In this document: positions 56,542-64,000 of the stretch, one piece after another | How positions within the stretch are numbered: the first letter of the stretch is position 1 | Layout: each line of letters opens with the position of its first letter | From: an uncultured delta proteobacterium | Lineage (GTDB): Bacteria > Desulfobacterota > Syntrophia > Syntrophales > UBA2185 | Length of the DNA: 64,000 nt | Direction: 5' to 3' | Assembly: GCA_963695875.1 (NCBI GenBank) | Contig: CAVOID010000003.1 | Coordinates: forward strand, 256,001 to 320,000 | Position numbers and translations under genes: made by a program | The notes under the pieces: model-generated | Databases searched by the model: none | The model's input: only the letters and a program-made list of their open reading frames with translations | What the model was told of the DNA's origin: nothing

Positions 56542-56574
56542 TTTTCATTACCCCGTATGTTTTTGGAAGCCTCT

Positions 56575-57471
56575 CTAGAAATTAAGATCCGTCCGCGGCT
56601 TCTTCTCGCCGGATGTATAGTCGTACCAGCCCTTGCCGGTTTTGCGGCCCAGGTCACCGGAAGCCACCATTTTTTTCAGAATCAGAGAGGGCGCCCATTT
56701 CGGGTCTTTAAAGTTTTCCCACAGGGTCTCCGCCACGGCCAGGCCGATCTCCAGGCCGACAAAGTCACCCAGTTCGAACGGACCCATCGGGTGGTTAAGA
56801 CCGAATTTCATGGCCTTGTCGATGTCTTCAATGGTTGCGACGCCTTCCGCAAGGCATCTGTAGACCTCATTACGAAGGGCGGCATTAACCCTGTTGACCA
56901 GAAAGCCAGGTCCGTCTTTTACGTAAACCGGAACTTTGCCGAACTTTTCGGCCAATTCCTTGATTGTCGCGGCGGTTTCTTCCGAGGTTTTCAAACCCCT
57001 GATCACCTCGACCAGCTTCATGACCGGAACGGGGCTGAAGAAATGCATACCGGCAAATCTTGCCGACCGCTTGGTAGAAGCGGCCAGCTCGGTGATCGGG
57101 ATAGAGGAAGTGTTGCTGGCGAATATGACCTCCGGCGGGCAGAGTTCGTCCAGTTTTCTGAAGAGCTCTGTTTTGGCCTGCTTGTTTTCGAATATGGCTT
57201 CGATTACGACGTCGCAGTCCCTGGCCGATGCTAGATCGACAGTCGGTGTGATTCTGATCAGCGTGGATTTTTTTTCTTCCTCGCTGAGTTTTCCTTTAGC
57301 AACGCTGTTCCGGAGATTTTTCTCTATTGTTGCCAGGCCCTTCCGGACAAATTCATCCGTAGTATCATGCATGGTCACCGTGAAACCTGCGACTGCCGCA
57401 ACCTGGGTGATTCCGGACCCCATGAAACCTGAACCTACGACCATGACCTTCTTTATAACCATTTTCATCAT
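56575..57471 (-). CDS. 3-hydroxyacyl-CoA (3-hydroxybutyryl-CoA-like) dehydrogenase
   Basis: GSGFMGSG, ASNTSS, GMHFF, PGFLVNR, PMGPF, LGRKTGKG. Confidence 0.92.
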   Translation of the reverse strand: MMKMVIKKVMVVGSGFMGSGITQVAAVAGFTVTMHDTTDEFVRKGLATIEKNLRNSVAKGKLSEEEKKSTLIRITPTVDLASARDCDVVIEAIFENKQAKTELFRKLDELCPPEVIFASNTSSIPITELAASTKRSARFAGMHFFSPVPVMKLVEVIRGLKTSEETAATIKELAEKFGKVPVYVKDGPGFLVNRVNAALRNEVYRCLAEGVATIEDIDKAMKFGLNHPMGPFELGDFVGLEIGLAVAETLWENFKDPKWAPSLILKKMVASGDLGRKTGKGWYDYTSGEKKPRTDLNF

Positions 57472-57525
57472 CCCTCCGTTCCTGGCATCACTTTGAATGA
57501 AGTGCCGGACAAAACGCAAGCCCCT

Positions 57526-59173
57526 TTATTTTGCATACATCTTCCTTATCTCCACTTTATTGATCTTTCCCACACTGGTTCGGGGAATGGCATCGACGAA
57601 CTCGTAGCGATCGGGAATGCCGTATTTCGGGAGCTTTCCTTCATCGGAACATCTTCTTCAAGTATTCTTTCATCTCCTCGCCAGTCACCTTGCCTTTGAA
57701 TTCCGCTTTCAGGGTGAGAACCACCAGCGGTCTTTCCCCCCACTTCGGGTCCGGCACGCCGATCACGGCGGCCTCGGAAACTGCGGGATGCATGCTGACG
57801 AGGTTCTCCAAGTCGATGGAAGAAACCCATTCTCCTCCTGTTTTGATGACGTCTTTCAGGCGGTCTGTGATCTGAACATATCCCTGGTCGTCAATGTATG
57901 CCACATCACCGCTGTGGAGCCAGCCGTCCCTCCAGAGGTCTTTCGATTTCTCAGGGTCCTTATAATAAGATTGTGTCAGCCACGGCGCCCTCATCACCAG
58001 TTCTCCCGTAGTCTTTCCATCGTTGGGGAGGGGCTTTCCCGCAGTATCGACAATCTGCACTTCCACCAGGGGCGCAGGAAGACCAGTCTTGACAAAGATG
58101 TCGAGCTTCTTGTCTTCATCCAAATTCAACATAGTGCTTTTGAGACTGGCTCCTGAGATGAGCGGACAGGTCTCCGACATCCCGTAAGCGGAATAAATCT
58201 GTATCCCGAGTTCCATGGCCGCCTTAGCCAATGCCTTGGGCAGGGCCGCCCCGCCGATGACCACTTTCCACTTTGAAAGATCCAGTTTTTTCGCAATAGG
58301 ATTTGTAACAAGCATATGTATAATCGTAGGAATGCAGTGAGAGAAGGTGACTTTCTCACCAATAATGAGTTTCAGCAGGACCTCCGGTTCGTAGCGTCCC
58401 GGATAAACCTGTTTTACCCCCAGCATGGTAGCCAGATAAGGTACGCCCCAGGCGTGGACATGAAACATCGGTGTGAGAGGCATATAGACGTCATCTGATC
58501 TGAACCGTCCCGTCGTCTCGTAAGCACCAACATTTACGCCCATTGCCAGTGTATGCAGAACAAGCTGGCGATGGGTGAAGTGGACCCCTTTGGGATCACC
58601 CGTGGTTCCTGTGGTGTAAAAAATCGTTGCCCGAGTGTTTTCATCGAGATCGGCAAAATCATAGGACGCCGACGCTGCTTGCAGCATTTCCTCGTATTCG
58701 GCATCGATCCTTGCTTTTGTTTCCGGCTTTTTCCCGTCATCCGTCAAAAGAATGACTTTTTTCACCGTCTTGAGGTGACCCTGGATTGCCTCCAGGAGCG
58801 GGAGAAAGTCCTGACTGACGAGGATGACCGAATCTTCGGCATGGTTGATCGTATAGATCAGTTGCGCCGGAGAGAGCCGCCAATTGAGGGTATGTATGAC
58901 CGCACCCATCATGGGAATCGCAAAAAAACATTCCAGGTACCGGTGGCTGTCAAAATCCAGTACGCCGATGACATCACCCTTGCCAACCCCCAGGGCAGCA
59001 AGTCCGTTAGCCAATCGATGAACTCGCTTATGCATGTCTTCATAACGATACCGGACCTTATCCCGATAGACGATTTCCTGGTTCTGTCCGTAGATGACAC
59101 CCGTGGCCAGAATTTTCTTGATGATCAGAGGATACTCATAGCTTTCTCCAGGTTTGTAAATCTTTGCCTCCAT
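57526..59173 (-). CDS. Fatty-acid--CoA ligase (AMP-forming) (frameshift near 57645)
   Basis: [31 protein letters not shown]-terminal [10 protein letters not shown] in another frame. Confidence 0.92.
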
Positions 59174-59291
59174 AATAGTCCTCCTTTGAACTTGTTAATG
59201 TTGTAATATGAAGCTTTGTTCCCTGACAACGCGTTGAGACAAAAGTTTACTGAGTAAGGTGATTAAATGTTGCTGAGCATCAAGCAACTGT

Positions 59292-59316
59292 GTGATAACG
59301 AGCGTTCGTTATTCAC
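59292..59316. promoter_or_regulatory. Palindromic operator, probable TetR-family binding site
   Basis: GTGATAACGAGCGTTCGTTATTCAC lies just downstream of a minus-strand TTGACA(59348-59343)-17 nt-TAAGAG promoter candidate. Confidence 0.65.
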
Positions 59317-59520
59317 GAACTCTTAAATCAAGACATGATTAATGTCAACCCCTTTTTTTAATTGAGAGTTTTCATGTCATCTCTTTAAGGAAAACATTTT
59401 CGGAGCTTGACTTCTTCATTTACCTTGATATATTTCTACCCGAATTAAAGCTATAGAACATTGAATGGTCGGGTCCCCCCGAAGCTGCGATGATAAAGAG
59501 ATATCAATGGGCGGTGAAAA

Positions 59521-60132
59521 ATGAGCAAATCAATCAAGACTCAAATTAAAGACCCGGCACTCATCCGGCAGAAGCACCTTCAAATAGCAAAAATAGCAAG
59601 CAAGCTTTTCATTAAAAAAGGGTATGCAAATACAAGCATGCGGGAGATATCTAAAGCCACCGGGATTACCATAGGAAACCTATACGATTACATAACCAAA
59701 AAGGAAGACGTTCTTTATCTGGTTTTCGATGCATTCTACAGCACATGGACTAAGAATCTGGATAAGCACGGCGTTTTTACCATTGATGATCCGCTTGAAC
59801 AACTGCGCACCGCTCTCCGCAAGATGTTGGAACTCGTGCACGACTATCGAGATATGGCCCTCCTGATGTATCGCGAGAGTAAACATTTGCCAAAAAAGAT
59901 TCTTAAGGAAATTTTACACAAGGAAACAGGGTTTGTTGAATGCTTTGAGACGATTTTGAAAAGAGGTGTCGAAAAGAAGGTATTCAATGTAAAAGACCCG
60001 TCTTTTGCAGCAAATATGATTGCCTATCAGATTGCTTTTGAGGCTTTGCGGGGGTGGAATCTGAGGAAGAAATATACTGATCAGGAGATTATGGATAACA
60101 TCGAGGAGATAGTCTTAAAATCAGTTTTATGA
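59521..60132 (+). CDS. TetR/AcrR family transcriptional regulator
   Basis: LFIKKGY..TSMREIS...GITIGNLYDY..KKE HTH; divergent from the acyl-CoA operon. Confidence 0.92.
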   Translation: MSKSIKTQIKDPALIRQKHLQIAKIASKLFIKKGYANTSMREISKATGITIGNLYDYITKKEDVLYLVFDAFYSTWTKNLDKHGVFTIDDPLEQLRTALRKMLELVHDYRDMALLMYRESKHLPKKILKEILHKETGFVECFETILKRGVEKKVFNVKDPSFAANMIAYQIAFEALRGWNLRKKYTDQEIMDNIEEIVLKSVL

Positions 60133-60249
60133 AGCAAACTGTAACGGAGTAAGTTCGGTGGTTTTTATGAGTCTGTCTATGCATTCGCAGAGTGTCTTCC
60201 CTGTGATCTTTCCTCAGATATTGTGCCACATGAATTTGTGGAACAGGCG

Positions 60250-62343
60250 TTATCTCAAGACAATTGTGGCGTCAACGGCAACCATGGCGCCGTTTTCAGT
60301 GACAATCAGTGGGTTTATATCAATTTCTTGAATCCGGGGATACTGAATGCCGATATCGCCGAGGAGAATAAGTATTCGAGCTAGTTCTTCCCTGTTGACC
60401 GGCGGCTCTCCCCGGAAACCATCGAATATCTTCTGTCCCCGCAGGCGCTTGATAAGCCCCAGAGCATCCTCAATGCTCAATGGGGCCGGAGCAAAAACCG
60501 CATCACTTAATATCTCCGCCATGATACCTCCAAGCCCTAACATGACACAGGGACCAAACTGGATGTCTCGCAAAAGCCCCACTATCAGCTCGATTTTTCC
60601 TTTCACCTGCCTGTAGACAATGATCTTGCCATGGCCGTTCATCTTCTCCATTAAGGTTTCAAATGAGCGTCGAGCAGCATCTATGCCGGTGATGTTCAGG
60701 TGAACCAGGCCAACTTCTGTTTTATGCAGGGTGCCTTTTTGCAGACCCTTCATAACCACGGGGAAGCCTAGTCTCATGACGATTCGTTCACACTGAGCTG
60801 CGTCGGCTACCAGCTCCTCTTCGACGATCGGAATGCCACACGCCTTGAGAATGCGTTTGGAGACGTGCTCATCCAGAGGTCCAACAGCTTTTTTAAGTAC
60901 GTCACGGAGCTCACCAGAAAGTGCCGCAGTTTTCGCCCTCTTCGGCAGGGGGGTAGTGATTTCAGAGCGTATTGGGCGATGGAAGATGGCAGCCAAACAT
61001 TCCACGGCGCGTGATACTTCACGGAAGACGGGAATACCAAAGGACAGGGCCTCTGTCATAAAATTAAAAATCTCTTCGCGTCCACCCAGCAGCCATATGA
61101 ATGCCGGCTTGCCGGCGGCCCGGGTTTGCTCCGCCAGGTCTGCGACATTGAGTCCAATCCGGAAATTTCCGGCATAGGTGTGCAAAAATACAGCATCAAC
61201 ATTGGGGTCATCGAGCACAGCTGAAAGTGCCATACTGTATACATCAATGTCGCCTCCGCCATGCTTTTCAATAGATGGCCAGAGATCCACAGGGTTTGAA
61301 ACAGGCATCCAGTCGGGGAAAAGCCGTCCTAAAGCATCCTTTGTTGCGGGAGAAAGTTCAGCTACGGACAGTCCGTGTTCTTCGATGAAATCTGCTGAGA
61401 TGATACCTGATCCGCCGCTGAATGTAAGAATGGCAATACGGCCCCGTCGACCAAGGGGTCTGGATACAGCAGCCAAAGACCGGCAGAGATCTATCATCTG
61501 GTGAAAGTCTCTAGCCTCGGTGATACCGACCTGGGCCAGGGCACCTGAGATGATTTTATGATTTCCCGCCAGTGATGCCGTGTGGCTCATTGCCGCTTCG
61601 GCTCCTTTTTTGCTCTTTCCCCCGTGAAGGACGACGATGGGCTTTTCGCTTTGCCGGCACAGGTCAATAAAGAGTCTTCCATCAGAAAAAGACTCCAGGT
61701 AAAGCCCAATGACCTCAGTATTCGTGTCCTTTAACAGGTAAGCCAACAAATCGCATTCATTCACATCCATTTTATTGCCTATTGAGCACACCTTACTGAT
61801 ACCCGTAATATGATGAGTCATTATATCGGTAAGGAAACCTGCAGAAAGCAATCCACTCTGGACCACAAGTGATACGCCGCCCGGAAGTAATCCATGCTGC
61901 AAAGCCAGCGGGTCCATGAAGGAAAAGGCGTAGCCGCTAACGGCGTCGACAAGCCCCATGCAATTGGGCCCCCAGAGGCGAATCCCGGTTTTCTTGGATA
62001 TATCTTTCAGTGATTGCTGCAGGGAACTGCCGTCCTGACCGGTTTCTGCAAAACCCCCTGATTCAATCATAACACCCCGTACCCCTTTGGCGGCGCATTC
62101 CTCTATAGTTGCCGGTACGAGCCTTGCCGGGACAAAGACAATAGCAAGGTCAACATGACCCGTGATGGAGTTGATGGACGGATAGCAGGGAAGTCCCTCA
62201 ATCTCCTGATAACGGGGATTTACGGGATATATATTCCCCGTATAGCCGGTCAACAGATTCTTTAGGATGGCATACCCACCCTTACGCTGGTTCGGCGTTG
62301 CGCCTACAACGGCAATTCCTTCCGGGTTAAAAAAGAAGTCCAT
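60250..62343 (-). CDS. ADP-forming acyl/acetate--CoA ligase (fused alpha-beta)
   Basis: CoA-binding N-terminus, GPNCMG, SHTASLAG phospho-His, ATP-grasp HKTE.G, DINPL. Confidence 0.9.
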   Translation of the reverse strand: MDFFFNPEGIAVVGATPNQRKGGYAILKNLLTGYTGNIYPVNPRYQEIEGLPCYPSINSITGHVDLAIVFVPARLVPATIEECAAKGVRGVMIESGGFAETGQDGSSLQQSLKDISKKTGIRLWGPNCMGLVDAVSGYAFSFMDPLALQHGLLPGGVSLVVQSGLLSAGFLTDIMTHHITGISKVCSIGNKMDVNECDLLAYLLKDTNTEVIGLYLESFSDGRLFIDLCRQSEKPIVVLHGGKSKKGAEAAMSHTASLAGNHKIISGALAQVGITEARDFHQMIDLCRSLAAVSRPLGRRGRIAILTFSGGSGIISADFIEEHGLSVAELSPATKDALGRLFPDWMPVSNPVDLWPSIEKHGGGDIDVYSMALSAVLDDPNVDAVFLHTYAGNFRIGLNVADLAEQTRAAGKPAFIWLLGGREEIFNFMTEALSFGIPVFREVSRAVECLAAIFHRPIRSEITTPLPKRAKTAALSGELRDVLKKAVGPLDEHVSKRILKACGIPIVEEELVADAAQCERIVMRLGFPVVMKGLQKGTLHKTEVGLVHLNITGIDAARRSFETLMEKMNGHGKIIVYRQVKGKIELIVGLLRDIQFGPCVMLGLGGIMAEILSDAVFAPAPLSIEDALGLIKRLRGQKIFDGFRGEPPVNREELARILILLGDIGIQYPRIQEIDINPLIVTENGAMVAVDATIVLR

Positions 62344-62677
62344 AAAAACCTCGTTCTATATTTACAATCCTTTTTCCTCTTTCCCTCGTGTGGTCCGTAA
62401 GCATAAACCGCCGGCATCAAGCAGCATCCTTACTTGTGTCTCCAGCAAGTTGATTTCTAACCCGCACTATAAGCTGTAACTAACATATTCCGTGTTTCCA
62501 CCTTTTGATATTTGTCAAGGGGAATAGTGGCGCATCCATGAATCAGCGGAGCGCTGATAACGAAAAAAGTCGGGAGGACAAGATTGTCTTTGCTTATACT
62601 GACCATTAAGGCGTTATGATAGCTTTACGGTATTTAAAAAATAATCTATCATATTGGCCATATTTATTTCAAGGCAT

Positions 62678-64000
62678 TCATATATCAACACGAACTGGCA
62701 ATATGACTGTTGTGATACCAATCCACTGCAGCCGCCGTTGTATGGCAAAAGCAGTTTCATTGTGGAGTATCTTCTGGAAAGGGTTCTCCTGACGAAAGAT
62801 CAGTTTTCCGGTGAATACAGTGGATCTCGGATATTCCTTTGCAAGAGACTCGCACAACTGCGTAGCAGTATCAGCCACGTCAGTTCCTATTCCCATTCTG
62901 TAATCAGCGGGGAATCCATAGGAACGTACAAGCTGAACGTATTTTGTCAGATCATTCTGTACAGATTCTTTTAAGGCATCTATTTCCGCTATACCTTTAA
63001 ACGATCCTGAATCTATTTCTCCCACACTCACAAAAATGAAATTTTTGTAGAGCTTGGGAAATTCCCGGACAACTGAAAGCCACACGTGGAGACCAAATCC
63101 GCTGAAACCCCTTACAAGCAGGATTGCTGTTGCCTCCTTCGGGTCTAATGGTTCATTATTGGGACGACTACCTTTGGGGAGTTCAGATAGAATCTCTTCC
63201 AGTTGACGGGCCCCTCGACGGACTTTCCTGTAGTGCCTCTGGATTAAATAACATATCCCGATTACTCCTGAGGTTATAAGGATAGTCACCCAGCCACCTT
63301 CATCGAACTTCTCATAAACGGTAATGAAAAGTATCGTAAGGCAGAGGACCAGGCCAACGATATGCACTGCGATGTGTCTTTTCCAGGCTTTATCCTTCTC
63401 CCTGTTTCGGAAGAAAAAACTTGCCATTCCATACTGGGACAGCGTGAAGGTTAGAAACACGTTGATGGAATACATAACAACAAGGGCAGAAACAGAACCA
63501 TTTGTATATAACAGCAGTAACAGGGCGGCACCACCCATAAGCAGGACACCATCCTGCATGGAGAGGCGTTCAGATAATGATGCAAAACGGCGAGGAAGCC
63601 AGGAGTCAATGGCCATGTTCGCCATTACGCTCGGCCCTCCTGCAAACCCGGACTGCGCGCCAACAATGAGGAGGGCTCCCTCGGAGAGAATTGTAATCAG
63701 AGCAATCCAGCCGCCGAGGGGCCAGTTACCGAAGGTAAGATCAGCAAGGACGGCATTCAAAGTTCTGCCCTCGACAGGCATTATCTGGAAGAGAGAATAG
63801 CAGAAAAGTAGACCTGCTGCGGTGATTGCGAGCGATGTAGCCAGGTATAACATTGTTCGCTTACCCGTCTGAACTTTCGGCTCACGCATGATCTGCATTG
63901 CATTGGAAACCGCTTCAATGCCCGTATAGGTTCCTCCGCCCAGAGAAAAAGCCCTGAGTGAGATCGCCAGCATGCCTATGTATCCGATTGATGAAATGTC
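62678..64000 (-). CDS. APC-family permease, KimA-like (5' end outside the window)
   Basis: YTGIEAVSN, LVVMYSINVFLTFTLSQ, KFDEGGW, cytoplasmic tail with LHNETA. Confidence 0.8.
   Translation of the reverse strand, partial: DISSIGYIGMLAISLRAFSLGGGTYTGIEAVSNAMQIMREPKVQTGKRTMLYLATSLAITAAGLLFCYSLFQIMPVEGRTLNAVLADLTFGNWPLGGWIALITILSEGALLIVGAQSGFAGGPSVMANMAIDSWLPRRFASLSERLSMQDGVLLMGGAALLLLLYTNGSVSALVVMYSINVFLTFTLSQYGMASFFFRNREKDKAWKRHIAVHIVGLVLCLTILFITVYEKFDEGGWVTILITSGVIGICYLIQRHYRKVRRGARQLEEILSELPKGSRPNNEPLDPKEATAILLVRGFSGFGLHVWLSVVREFPKLYKNFIFVSVGEIDSGSFKGIAEIDALKESVQNDLTKYVQLVRSYGFPADYRMGIGTDVADTATQLCESLAKEYPRSTVFTGKLIFRQENPFQKILHNETAFAIQRRLQWIGITTVILPVRVDI

Overview
A 64-kb bacterial chromosomal segment. 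The gene content (FdhE, a PflX-type radical SAM enzyme, gap-tpiA-secG-tRNA-Leu, ADP-forming acyl-CoA synthetase, acyl-CoA dehydrogenases) suggests an anaerobic deltaproteobacterium, probably Syntrophales-like; this is an inference. Housekeeping blocks (nth-gap-tpiA-secG-tRNA-Leu; pstSCAB-phoU-phoR; groES-groEL; ileS-lspA-Ktr/Trk) flank an accessory, envelope-rich stretch at about 9-37.8 kb. That stretch holds an Mla operon whose ATPase carries a degenerate GGDEF-like domain, an outer-membrane barrel, a candidate small RNA or small ORF, and a signal-peptide-bearing beta-propeller-Rhs protein with only a ~29-aa C-terminal cargo and no immunity gene. It also holds DUF3300/DUF2950, two paralogous Cys-pair envelope proteins, a MORN-coiled-coil-MORN protein, an orphan histidine kinase, a VWA-OmpA lipoprotein and MscL. 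The right end carries an acyl-CoA catabolic operon with a divergent TetR gene and an enzyme resembling non-decarboxylating glutaryl-CoA dehydrogenase. At least three families of small non-autonomous repeats are present. About 20 genes, including essential groEL, ileS and gap, are split by small indels, so these are most likely sequencing or assembly errors rather than pseudogenes. No CRISPR array, integrase, transposase or prophage was seen.
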